From a virus (lineage: Duplodnaviria; Caudoviricetes): 64,000 bases of DNA. A program made the translations under genes and the position numbers. Position 1 is the stretch's first letter; each line of letters opens with the position of its first letter. Where the stretch lies: the IMG/VR virus record IMGVR_UViG_3300046615_000208, positions 1-64,000 of that record. One strand, 5' to 3'. Shown here piece after piece: positions 15,070-24,085 of this stretch. The notes under the pieces were generated by a model that saw only the letters and a list, made by a program, of their open reading frames with translations, did not search any database and had not been told where the DNA came from.

Positions 15070-15237
15070 ATGAGTACACTATTGGGTGCAGTATTTGCCG
15101 CTATTATTGGTGTCCTTCTACTTGTCTGGACCGCACACATCATTCTACACATCCTCGGATGGATTTTGATTGTAGGCGGAATCATCTGGGCGGTAAGGTT
15201 CCTTGTAGCTGGCACCAGTAATCGAACTAGATTGTAG
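15070..15237 (+). CDS. Small membrane protein (55 aa)
   Basis: GGAG SD; two hydrophobic helices. Confidence 0.65.
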   Translation: MSTLLGAVFAAIIGVLLLVWTAHIILHILGWILIVGGIIWAVRFLVAGTSNRTRL

Positions 15238-15315
15238 CTAACTAAGGTGAATAGCGGCCTCGACTCTTCGGAGTCGGGGCCGTTTCCTATCAAAGACAAT
15301 GAAAGGCGAAGGAAA

Positions 15316-16161
15316 ATGAGCATCGAAGAAATTATCATGCGGGAGGAAATGTTCTCCCCCAAACCTCTCGATTTCCCGTTCGAGGAAACGGAGGCACGCC
15401 TGAAGGCTGTTGGCATCGAAATGCCGGAATTCCGCACCTTCGATGAGGTTGACCCGACTTCATTCCTCAAGTACTCCGAGGAAGACAAGGTTTTCTACTC
15501 GGATGAGACCACTCTCGAATCTGAGAAGCCCTACGACATCTACAAGGAACTGAAGGAGAATGGGTTCGACGTGATCGTACACCAGTCTGCCCTCGATTCC
15601 GGCCAGATCGGCGGACGCGAAGGTATGTGGAGCGTCGAATCCGAACGTAAGGGTTTCCGCACGACCATGATCGGACCTGTGGACACTCGTGCACTGGACT
15701 TCGCCCACTTCTACCAATGGCTCAAGGAAGCCCGTGAGTGGATCGAAAATCAGGACGACTTCATGGCGGCATACGGCTTCCTTCAGGGTCACCCGGCTTT
15801 CTGGAAGCGCTCGCGCCCGGAAGAGTACCCCAACCAGTGGTCCACGGATGAGGGTGTATCCACCATCTGGTCCTACCCCTCATACCGTAAAGACGGCTCT
15901 ATCGTCATGATGATGGAAACCGGCTCCATGGTGTCACCTGAACGCAGCCGCCGTTACCACGACCTACGCCTCGACACCTACGAGGACACCTACGAGAAGG
16001 GCATCATCGCCACGGCCAAGAAGGTCCACAAGTTCTTCGAACTTGACGGATCGGAGCGTTCTGATGTAGACTACCAGAAGAGCGAACTTGAGATTACTCT
16101 CGACAAGCGACTAGCCGAAATGAACGAAGCTCTAGAGCTTGACAAGGCTGAGGAAGCCTGA
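15316..16161 (+). CDS. Hypothetical protein
   Basis: Long ORF with phage codon bias. Confidence 0.8.
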   Translation: MSIEEIIMREEMFSPKPLDFPFEETEARLKAVGIEMPEFRTFDEVDPTSFLKYSEEDKVFYSDETTLESEKPYDIYKELKENGFDVIVHQSALDSGQIGGREGMWSVESERKGFRTTMIGPVDTRALDFAHFYQWLKEAREWIENQDDFMAAYGFLQGHPAFWKRSRPEEYPNQWSTDEGVSTIWSYPSYRKDGSIVMMMETGSMVSPERSRRYHDLRLDTYEDTYEKGIIATAKKVHKFFELDGSERSDVDYQKSELEITLDKRLAEMNEALELDKAEEA

Positions 16162-16355
16162 TAGAATTTAAGTACTGCCTCACACTATAGGAGAGGGACT
16201 TTTCACTCCCGGTGGGTTTTGGACCCCACGCTTGGCTCCTGTGAGGACGTTGGTGGAGAAGTTAGCTCTCTAGAGCTACGCCCCTGTTGACTCCGGGTCT
16301 TCGGACCCGGAGTTGACATCACCAACAACTGTATGCTATAATAGATGAACAACAT

Positions 16356-16430
16356 TGCGGGGTAGACTGGAGTTAGGTTCCAGCACGGTCTCATAAGCCG
16401 ATGACGGTGGTTCGAATCCACCTCCTGCAA
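16356..16430 (+). tRNA. tRNA-fMet/Met(CAT)
   Basis: TGCGGGG/TCCTGCA; loop CTCATAA; initiator-like 5' sequence. Confidence 0.82.
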
Positions 16431-16526
16431 CTCCTGAATAGTCTGGCGAGAGTCGTTCTCTCGGGGACGAAAGGCTTAGGCCTGACTGGCGCTGGGGTCA
16501 CTACCGATAGTCGTCAGTATCAGTAT

Positions 16527-16597
16527 TCCCCTGTCGTTCAACGGCAGGACAACGCACTGTTAATGCGTGAATCGTGGTTCGAATCCACGCGGGGGAG
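16527..16597 (+). tRNA. tRNA-Asn(GTT)
   Basis: ACGCA-CTGTTAA-TGCGT. Confidence 0.92.
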
Positions 16598-16739
16598 CGA
16601 GTAGTGAAGCCCAAGATCGAGAGGTTTTCCCCTTTCAGGCCTATCCTGCTACAGTTAGACCAGTAGTATCGTACGTACAGAAAACTGATCTATCGTAGGT
16701 GAAAGTCCTACCTCACTGTAGGGGGACACCTACAGACCG

Positions 16740-16813
16740 ACCCTTATAGCTCAGTCTGGCAGAGCAGAAGATTGTTAATCTTTTTGTCGGAGGTTCAAAT
16801 CCTTCTAGGGGTG
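16740..16813 (+). tRNA. tRNA-Asn(GTT), second copy
   Basis: GAAGA-TTGTTAA-TCTTT. Confidence 0.9.
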
Positions 16814-16910
16814 CGAGTAGTGAAGCATCACGCGGCATGGTCGCGGGTTGCCTCTCCTACCAGCAGTCGCCAATGGCTTACTAGTAGCCTGCGGAGTTAC
16901 GATTGCAAAT

Positions 16911-16983
16911 GGGGTCACATGTTCCAAGGTGGCGAAGAACACTGGCAGTGTTCCTGTGAAGAGTTCGATTCTCTTTGGCTCCA
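16911..16983 (+). tRNA. tRNA-Ala(GGC), atypical D-arm
   Basis: GGGGTCA/TGGCTCC with G3:U70; GAACA-CTGGCAG-TGTTC. Confidence 0.8.
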
Positions 16984-17102
16984 CGCAATTCCAGTGTGAC
17001 GACACATGATCAACACGTACAACAGGGTAGTGATCCCACCACTAGGGCAGCGTCTTACCTCCCAGCTTGACTGGGTGTGTATTGCACAGAAAAAGACGGT
17101 TT

Positions 17103-17175
17103 GGGGGCACATGTTCCAAGGCTGGCGAATCTCCCTTGCACGGAGATTGGAAGGGTTCGATTCCCTTTGCTTCCA
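17103..17175 (+). tRNA. tRNA-Ala(TGC), atypical D-arm
   Basis: GGGGGCA/TGCTTCC with G3:U70; ATCTCC-CTTGCAC-GGAGAT. Confidence 0.8.
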
Positions 17176-17336
17176 CAAACGCGTAAGTCCTTGTCCTTCG
17201 GGGCGATAGCTTACCGGGTATAGGATTTGGCGAGAACTTCGGTTCCGAATGCTACGGCACCCCTATACCGGCTTTTGCAAGTATGAGCCTTATCAAGCTT
17301 GCATCCGCTTTACCCTCAGGATACAATGGAGTTGAC

Positions 17337-17453
17337 ATGGAAGAGAAAGATTTCCAGATGATTGTTGAGAAGGCTCGTTATGAGTTGAAATTGATGATCG
17401 GGAATAGCTGTATCGATCATGGCAGGCTCCTGAGTATTCTTGAGGGTAAATAG
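17337..17453 (+). CDS. Small hypothetical protein (38 aa)
   Basis: GGAG SD, short ORF. Confidence 0.4.
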   Translation: MEEKDFQMIVEKARYELKLMIGNSCIDHGRLLSILEGK

Positions 17454-17463
17454 CGGGTATAAT

Positions 17464-17788
17464 GTGGATGACCGGTTTCGACAGGTTACCTGAAATAAGA
17501 AACGCAACACGAAACGGACTACATTCGTAAAAGTGGTCAAAACAATAATCGCAAAAAACGATTTCGCACTAGCCGCGTAGGCTAGCCCGGAGACCGAAAG
17601 CCTCGCAGGTCTTCAACGGGTCATCTAGAGGCTACTACGACCCAGCCAACGTAGACGGCAGTCGGAAGAGCTAAGCTACAAAACCTCTGTGGAGTCCTAG
17701 AGCGACACAGTTGACTTAGTCTAGGAATTGTTGTAGAATGTTCTTATGGAAAGTATCTTGGACGGGGGTTCGATTCCCCCCATCTACA
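17464..17788 (+). ncRNA. ssrA: tmRNA, tag (A)AKNDFALAA
   Basis: GTGGATG/CATCTAC with G3:U70, GGTTTCGAC 5' end, GGAC-GGGGG-TTCGATT-CCCCC T-arm, tag ORF 17551-17580 after ATAATC. Confidence 0.93.
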
Positions 17789-17801
17789 CGAAAGGGAGAA
17801 T

Positions 17802-17948
17802 ATGTTGAAGAACGGTAAGTCTCAGAAAACACTTTGGAACCTTCACCACCTAGGTTGTTCCTGCTGCAACTCTAAGCAGGAGCGACGTAAGGCAAAACAT
17901 TCCGCTAAGCGGAAAGAGAAAGTTGCACTTCGTAAAGAAGTGTGGTAG
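17802..17948 (+). CDS. Small basic protein (CSCC motif)
   Basis: GGGAG SD, 48 aa. Confidence 0.55.
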   Translation: MLKNGKSQKTLWNLHHLGCSCCNSKQERRKAKHSAKRKEKVALRKEVW

Positions 17949-17962
17949 AATTAATGTATTAA

Positions 17963-18037
17963 CCTCTTATAGTGTAGTCAGGTCTAACACGCTACCCTGT
18001 CACGGTAGTAACACGGGTTCAAATCCCGTTGAGAGGA
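17963..18037 (+). tRNA. tRNA-Asp(GTC)
   Basis: CTACC-CTGTCAC-GGTAG. Confidence 0.9.
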
Positions 18038-18120
18038 CTTGCCAGTTACGATATTCGGTACCACGCCGGGTTGAGGTAGTTGGAGTTGCTGATCCTAAGT
18101 TGGTGGAGGCAGTGACACTT

Positions 18121-18194
18121 GGTGGTCGTAATCGAGCGGTCTCAGATACCTGCCTGTGAAGCAGGGTACGCGGGTTCAAGTCCCGTCGATCACC
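18121..18194 (+). tRNA. tRNA-His(GTG)
   Basis: G-1:C73; CCTGC-CTGTGAA-GCAGG. Confidence 0.9.
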
Positions 18195-18210
18195 CGCTAT
18201 AACTAAATAT

Positions 18211-18290
18211 GCCGTCATTGAGCAGCGGTCGCTCAGGAGTCTGTAAAACTCTGGCCTTCGGGTGTGTCAGTTCGAATCTGACTGGCGGTA
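18211..18290 (+). tRNA. tRNA-Tyr(GTA)
   Basis: GGAGT-CTGTAAA-ACTCT; variable arm with TTCG loop. Confidence 0.88.
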
Positions 18291-18410
18291 CTGGGACCTC
18301 TGACTGTTTCGGGCTAAACATCCCGCATGTCCCAACCATTTTATGGTTAGAATACCTAGGTGTACTACTTTGTACGCCTAGGTATTTTTGTGTAATGAAA
18401 GGAAAATGAT

Positions 18411-18710
18411 ATGAGATACGGACCAGAAGCATTCATCGACAAGCGCGGTAACCGAGTTGAAATCGGGGACCTACTTGTGGTAGGCTTCAGATCAGGCAGT
18501 TCGGCAGACATCCGTGTGGGGCGCATCGTTGCCTTCACGGATCAGGCTAGTGCTTACAGCAGTGAACGCCAGCCAATGATCGAACTCGAATGGGAAATCG
18601 AAAAGGCAGGCCGACGCAGCTACGCTCCGAAGACTTCGAAGATTTTTGCGGATAATGGGCGGTTCCTGATCCTCGAACGTGCAAAAGTTGACGATGACCA
18701 AGATAACTGA
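18411..18710 (+). CDS. Hypothetical protein (SH3/KOW-like)
   Basis: D.RG..VEIGD..V pattern. Confidence 0.7.
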   Translation: MRYGPEAFIDKRGNRVEIGDLLVVGFRSGSSADIRVGRIVAFTDQASAYSSERQPMIELEWEIEKAGRRSYAPKTSKIFADNGRFLILERAKVDDDQDN

Positions 18711-19053
18711 TATGCTTGGGCAAGAGGTGTTCGTTGGGGACCGGATCGCGTCATCATTCCGGTGCCTCTACGGGACCGCCGCTGAACTTAGAGTGGGTAC
18801 AGTCGAAGACATTGTGTTCCGACGATCCTCGCAGCGGAATGGGTCATCTGGGGCTAAGGAACTCCACCTTAGAGTCAGATGGGATGCATCCTCTCAGGAT
18901 GTAGAGACTAAACAGGGCGTAGAGAAGCTTCTCCAGAAGAGAGAAGAACGGACGGGCCAACCGCAGCCCAGACCGCCTAAGCTGGATCAAGAGTACAGGA
19001 AAAGAACCTCCGACATAATGGTGAGCCTCCAGAGGTTTGCCAAGATCGGATAA
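18694..19053 (+). CDS. Hypothetical protein, paralogue of the upstream gene
   Basis: DMLGQEVFVGD..AELRVG mirrors DKRGNRVEIGD..ADIRVG. Confidence 0.7.
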   Translation: MTKITDMLGQEVFVGDRIASSFRCLYGTAAELRVGTVEDIVFRRSSQRNGSSGAKELHLRVRWDASSQDVETKQGVEKLLQKREERTGQPQPRPPKLDQEYRKRTSDIMVSLQRFAKIG

Positions 19054-19074
19054 CGACAAAAGAAAAGGAAAAGA

Positions 19075-21186
19075 ATGAAGATTGATGTCAAGGAAGCAAC
19101 CGTAGAATCCAGTGGTTCGTTCGGCAAAAAAGTGCAGATGGGTATCTCCCAAAAGGGTGTTGCAAACCTCATGTTCCTGCTTTCCAACCTCTACAATGAC
19201 CCGGAACTTGCGACCATCCGCGAGTACACCACAAACGCTCTGGATGCTCATATCCGTGTAGGCCAGACCCGTCCGGTGGACATCTACCTTCCGACCCGCG
19301 ACAACCCTCTCTTTGTGGTCAAGGACTACGGCGTTGGTATGTCTGCCGCTGACATCGAATTTATTTACTCACAGTACGGCGAGTCTACCAAGGCGGACTC
19401 CAACGATGAGGCTGGCGCGTTCGGCCTCGGTGCCAAGGCCGCTCTGGCTATCGCTACCCAGTTCTCTCTGACCTCCATCAAGGACGGCCTGAAGACAACG
19501 GCGCTGGTCTCCAAGACTGAGACTGGTATCAACGACGTTGACATTCTCCCTTCCAAGCCTACTGATGAAGGCAACGGCACCACGATCACCATCCCGGTTC
19601 CGCACGTGACTTCCTTCCTTGAAAAGGTGTCCGAGTTCTTTAAGTACTCCGATCCGAACAAGGTCCTGATCAACGGCCACAAGCCTGACAGCGTCCTTGC
19701 AAACGCCATCAAGGTTGATGTCGGGCTTCCGGGAGTTGAGGTCCACACCGAGCAGAATACCACGTACTACCGCGATCCGAAGTTCCGTGTTATCATGGGT
19801 AACGTACCTTACGCCATGACTACTGATGAGGTTACGGACAGCATCCGGCGTACCGGTGAGAACTTCGATGTCGGCCATGTCAACATGTCACTGTACATCG
19901 TCGTCGGCATCGGTGATGTGGACCTGACCCCTTCTCGTGAAGGTCTCCGGTACACTGACAAGACCAACGCACGCATCGATTCCATCATGAAGGCGTACAT
20001 CCAGTCAGTCCGAAAGCAGGCCGTTGACGAGGTGGAGGCTGTACAGGAGCGTGCTGAAGTATTCGGCGCACTCAGCAAGTGGTCCAAGATTCTCCCCAAG
20101 AACTACCGCCAGTGGCACGGAGAAGAAGTCCCTGAGAACGTTTCCCTGCCGCCTGAGACCCCTTCTGTGCACCGGTACGGCAAGGACTCCGAACACACCA
20201 AGACAAACCGCGTAACGGCAAAGGGCGGGTATACCATTGTTTACGGAAGGGATGTAGCGGAGTACCGTAAGGTGGCCGCTTACCTCACGCCCTACCTCGA
20301 AAACGAAGGAAAATACTCAGGTAATTTCTTGTTCGTCACCAGCAAGTCGGACATCTCCGACAAGTGGATTACCGAAAATAGCGGATTCGCTCTCATTGAA
20401 GCTGACAAGGTTGTTGAGATTGGTAAGGCTAAGCGTAAGGCTGACCGGCTTGCAGCCAAGGCTAACAAGGCCCCAGTCGAGAAGTTCCCCTACCCGGTAC
20501 TTGACCTTGTCACGAAAACTGCTAAGATGGTTCCGTACAACGAAATTCCTGCTGGGACTCCGTACCTCTCGGTAAGCGACTTCAGCTATACTGTTGGCGG
20601 ATTCTTCAGCAAGTACTTCAACGGTACCGAACCCGGTTACTACTACAACCAGAAGAAGGAAGCAGAACTGGCAACGGCTCTGGCCCACTTCACTCCGGCC
20701 AAGCAGGTCATCATCTTCGGTGGTAACCGTAAGCTCTCGGCTCTGGAAGACCGAGTAAAGGGTACCTACAGCCTCGTGAATGACTTCAGCAAGGCCGTAA
20801 ACAACATCTTCAAGACCGTCCACATGGATGTCCGGAACCTTGCCTCTCTGGAAAGCACGGAACTGAACCATGTACTGGAACGGGCCAAGACGCTGAACCT
20901 CCACACCGAGATCAAGGACCGAGAGATTCGCCGCCTGATCAACCCGACCAAGAAGGCTAAGCGAACCTACGACAAGCTGAAGAACTACGAAACGATGCTT
21001 GCAAAGGTCCGTCCGGACAACAAGGGTGCAACAATGCCCCGCCAGTCGGAGAAGATCGCTGAGCTTGTCGAGAAGTATCCGCTGATCTCTGCCGTGTCTG
21101 TCTACTCGATTCGTCAGAACCACGTGGAGCACCTGATCAAGTACATGAACGCGATCCACAACGAGTCCTTGACTCCCGCAGCATAA
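19075..21186 (+). CDS. rIIA: rIIA-like protein (GHKL ATPase N-terminus)
   Basis: IREYTTNALDAH, KDYGVGMS, YGESTK, GAFGLGAK, LTPSREGLRY. Confidence 0.88.
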   Translation: MKIDVKEATVESSGSFGKKVQMGISQKGVANLMFLLSNLYNDPELATIREYTTNALDAHIRVGQTRPVDIYLPTRDNPLFVVKDYGVGMSAADIEFIYSQYGESTKADSNDEAGAFGLGAKAALAIATQFSLTSIKDGLKTTALVSKTETGINDVDILPSKPTDEGNGTTITIPVPHVTSFLEKVSEFFKYSDPNKVLINGHKPDSVLANAIKVDVGLPGVEVHTEQNTTYYRDPKFRVIMGNVPYAMTTDEVTDSIRRTGENFDVGHVNMSLYIVVGIGDVDLTPSREGLRYTDKTNARIDSIMKAYIQSVRKQAVDEVEAVQERAEVFGALSKWSKILPKNYRQWHGEEVPENVSLPPETPSVHRYGKDSEHTKTNRVTAKGGYTIVYGRDVAEYRKVAAYLTPYLENEGKYSGNFLFVTSKSDISDKWITENSGFALIEADKVVEIGKAKRKADRLAAKANKAPVEKFPYPVLDLVTKTAKMVPYNEIPAGTPYLSVSDFSYTVGGFFSKYFNGTEPGYYYNQKKEAELATALAHFTPAKQVIIFGGNRKLSALEDRVKGTYSLVNDFSKAVNNIFKTVHMDVRNLASLESTELNHVLERAKTLNLHTEIKDREIRRLINPTKKAKRTYDKLKNYETMLAKVRPDNKGATMPRQSEKIAELVEKYPLISAVSVYSIRQNHVEHLIKYMNAIHNESLTPAA

Positions 21187-21221
21187 ACTGTTATACTGGA
21201 AACTACGAAAGGATTTAATTA

Positions 21222-22334
21222 ATGACAAATTACAAACTGAGCAGTGATTCAAAGGGCGAAAGCCTCATTCTGATTTACGAAGACGGCGATCCCGTAACCG
21301 TTCCGGGTACCCATCCTCGATTCTCTGAGATTCTGGAGCTTCTGCGCTCCGGTGACGCAGAGGATGAAAAGGTCAAGGAACTGGTAAACATCATGCACGC
21401 CGCAGGTAAGAAGCTCTCAGCTATTACCGACCGTGTCTCCATTGCACCCTACGGTGTGTTTTTCGACGGCGACATCCTACGCTCCGAGCTTGCCGAGATT
21501 ATCGGTGATATGCTGGACGAAGGCCGTGGTGATGACCTCGCTGCTGTTGCCAAGTTCCTTGAGAACGCCGCAGCAAACCAGTCCATAGAAGCCATTGACG
21601 CCATGTACCGCTGGATCACCAACCGGGACATGATCCTGACCTCCGAGGGCACCTTCCTTGCCTACAAGGGTGTCAAAAAGGACGCATCCGGTAAGATTGT
21701 CTCCATCACCAGCGGCACCGCTCTGGTGGATGGTGAAGAGTTCACCGGTAACATCCCCAACCCTGTTGGCTCTGTCATCACCATGCCTCGTTCTGCGGTT
21801 ACGGCGGATACGGCAGTCGGCTGTGGTCCGGGTCTCCACGCCGGTACCTACTCCTATGCACGTAGCTTTGCTGGCTACAACGCTCCGATGCTCCTTGTGG
21901 AGATCAACCCTCGTGACGTTGTATCCGTTCCGTCCGACTCCTCCTTCCAGAAGCTTCGCGTGTCCCGCTACAAGGTCATCGAACACATCGAAGGCCGTCA
22001 GGAAAGCAACTACTACGAGTTCGAGGACACCGCGCCTGTAGAAGATGACGGTGACTTCACCGAGGAAGGTGCAGTGGACGAGCAGGAAACCGCTGGTAAC
22101 GTCATCGGCACCGCTACGGTCAACGTAGTCACCGAGGAAACCAAGGACGAGAAGCCGGAAGAGACCAGTATCGGTACTCTGACAGTCGGTACGGTCAACG
22201 GAAATTCGCCAGTCTTCGGTGATCCTTACACGCTCAAGGTGGATGGATCGATTGACGCTTCGAAACTTGAAGAGAAGGAAGAGGAAAAGCCTTCCACACT
22301 CGACAAGTTCAAGAAGTGGTGGACAGGCGAGTAA
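21222..22334 (+). CDS. rIIB: rIIB-like protein
   Basis: GTFLAYK, MPRS.V, CGPGLHAG, INPRDVVSVP.D...KLRV.RY; directly after rIIA. Confidence 0.88.
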   Translation: MTNYKLSSDSKGESLILIYEDGDPVTVPGTHPRFSEILELLRSGDAEDEKVKELVNIMHAAGKKLSAITDRVSIAPYGVFFDGDILRSELAEIIGDMLDEGRGDDLAAVAKFLENAAANQSIEAIDAMYRWITNRDMILTSEGTFLAYKGVKKDASGKIVSITSGTALVDGEEFTGNIPNPVGSVITMPRSAVTADTAVGCGPGLHAGTYSYARSFAGYNAPMLLVEINPRDVVSVPSDSSFQKLRVSRYKVIEHIEGRQESNYYEFEDTAPVEDDGDFTEEGAVDEQETAGNVIGTATVNVVTEETKDEKPEETSIGTLTVGTVNGNSPVFGDPYTLKVDGSIDASKLEEKEEEKPSTLDKFKKWWTGE

Positions 22335-22383
22335 ATCTCGTGTATAATGGAGGTACTGGTTCTTCGGGGCCAGTACCTCCTAC

Positions 22384-22456
22384 GCCCTTGTAGCTCAGCG
22401 GATAGAGCAGCAGTTTCCTAAACTGAAGATCGAAGGTTCGAATCCTTTCGAGGGCA
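22384..22456 (+). tRNA. tRNA-Arg(CCT)
   Basis: GCCCTTG/CGAGGGC; loop TTCCTAA. Confidence 0.92.
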
Positions 22457-22466
22457 CGCAAGACAA

Positions 22467-22538
22467 GCTGGGTTAGTATAATGGCAATTACGTATCCTTG
22501 GTATGGATATAATAAGGGTTCGATTCCCTTACTCAGCA
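22467..22538 (+). tRNA. tRNA-Thr(GGT)
   Basis: TATCC-TTGGTAT-GGATA. Confidence 0.9.
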
Positions 22539-22596
22539 CGATATCCGGTGATAACGTCATCAGGCGAAAGTCGTAGCGACACTGCGGATATTTTAT

Positions 22597-22670
22597 GATC
22601 ATATGGCCGAGGGGCAAGGCGCTAGTCTGCAAAACTAGTCACGCGGGTTCGAATCCCGCTATGATCTCCA
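22597..22670 (+). tRNA. tRNA-Cys(GCA), CCA encoded
   Basis: GATCATA/TATGATC, U73, CCA; CTAGT-CTGCAAA-ACTAG. Confidence 0.93.
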
Positions 22671-22710
22671 GCATTTGCTTTTCGGAAGCAAATAAGATAA
22701 ACTGAATAAC

Positions 22711-23232
22711 ATGAGAACACTATACCTTGATGTAGATGGCACCCTATCGCCCTTTTCTTCCGGTCCTCCCAGACAGAACACCGGATGGAAGGGCGATTGG
22801 CGTACTGTCAAAGTTGGCCCCTACGACATGCTTTACTCCGTTGAGCTTGTTGACCGGCTGAACGAACTTGCTAAGCTACCTGACGTGGAGATCGTGTGGG
22901 CCACGGACTGGCTCTCAGAGGCTCCAGAATTGCTTGCACCGGCCATCGGCCTACATGGGGAGAATTGGGCCGTCCTAGAGGCCTCTGCAAGCCGTATGGC
23001 GGACTCCTACCCTTGGTGGAAGATGGAAGAAATCGAAAAGCACTTTACCGACACCGAGGTAGAGGTCGCTCTCTGGGCCGATGACAACATTCGATACGCA
23101 TCCGGTATCGATGCGTGGCGGGAAAGGCTGGGTCCGAACTTCTACACCATGCACCTAGACAAACACCATGGCCTGACAAAAAAGAATATGGTGTCCATCG
23201 AGAACGCACTCACTAGGTTGACACCAGCGTAG
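22711..23232 (+). CDS. HAD-domain protein (Swiss-army-knife RNA-repair-like)
   Basis: LYLDVDGTL, WATDW, WK, WADD, HGLT motifs. Confidence 0.8.
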   Translation: MRTLYLDVDGTLSPFSSGPPRQNTGWKGDWRTVKVGPYDMLYSVELVDRLNELAKLPDVEIVWATDWLSEAPELLAPAIGLHGENWAVLEASASRMADSYPWWKMEEIEKHFTDTEVEVALWADDNIRYASGIDAWRERLGPNFYTMHLDKHHGLTKKNMVSIENALTRLTPA

Positions 23233-23258
23233 AAGCAATGGTATACTAGTATCACACT

Positions 23259-23332
23259 GCTTCCATAGCCCAAAGGCAGAGGCGGAGAACTTAAAATCCT
23301 CCACAGTCTCGGTTCGAGTCCGAGTGGAAGCA
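23259..23332 (+). tRNA. tRNA-Leu(TAA), short variable loop
   Basis: GCTTCCA/TGGAAGC; loop CTTAAAA. Confidence 0.88.
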
Positions 23333-23358
23333 CGATACTATAGCAGAAAGGTAGACAA

Positions 23359-23883
23359 GTGAAGACAGCAACATATGCATCTGTCCGTGTACAGGTGCAC
23401 AACTTGGGTGGTGAGCCTGTGGGCCACACTTGGTTGGATCGCGCTATCGTACTTGTCAGCCGTGGGGATGCAAGGATTGTAGAGGCTGATGCGTCTCGGT
23501 TAGTGCGCTCCGCGACTGGCGTTGTACTGAAGCTCCCCAAGGTCATTGAACTCCTAAGGTACATCTACGTACCGTTCATGGACCGGGAAGAGTACTTCTC
23601 CCCCAAGGGCGTCCTACGCCGAGACAACTACACCTGTGGTTACTGCGGCACTAAGAAGGGTACCATGACATGGGACCACATCCACCCGAAGTCAAAGGGT
23701 GGTCAGGACTCATGGATGAACTCCATCACAGCGTGCCAGAAATGTAACTCCATGAAGGGCAACCTCACCCTAGCAGAAGCCGAAGAGCAGCTAGGAATGA
23801 AGCTACTCTTCGAACCATCAATTCCAATGAAGCGCTACTTCAAGTCGGGGAAACGACCCGGAAGTAAGAAGCGCCGAACATAA
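23359..23883 (+). CDS. HNH endonuclease (McrA-like)
   Basis: RRDNYTCGYCG..TWDHIHPKSKGG..W.N...AC..CN..KG. Confidence 0.88.
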   Translation: MKTATYASVRVQVHNLGGEPVGHTWLDRAIVLVSRGDARIVEADASRLVRSATGVVLKLPKVIELLRYIYVPFMDREEYFSPKGVLRRDNYTCGYCGTKKGTMTWDHIHPKSKGGQDSWMNSITACQKCNSMKGNLTLAEAEEQLGMKLLFEPSIPMKRYFKSGKRPGSKKRRT

Positions 23884-23920
23884 ATGCTAAGTCCCTGTTC
23901 TAGGACAGGGACTTAGCCAT

Positions 23921-23992
23921 ACCCCTGTAGCTCAAAGGATAGAGCATGTTCCTCCGAAGATCAGGTTTGTGGTTCGATTCCACACTGGGGTA
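23921..23992 (+). tRNA. tRNA-Arg(CCG)
   Basis: ACCCCTG/CTGGGGT; loop CTCCGAA. Confidence 0.85.
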
Positions 23993-24085
23993 CTTGACAT
24001 TATAACCACCTTGATATAAGCTATTGTGTGACCCCCTTCACTATCGTGGTATGATAGAGTAAAATAATTCTATTTTGGGGGCGTA

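Noticed and set aside
16431-16522. Hammerhead ribozyme (CTGGCGA...GAAA)
   Set aside because: The core deviates from CUGANGA and an alternative hairpin absorbs GAAA; kept only as a structured spacer.
20317-21252. Long minus-strand ORFs opposite rIIA and other genes
   Set aside because: Antisense shadows of strongly biased + strand codons.
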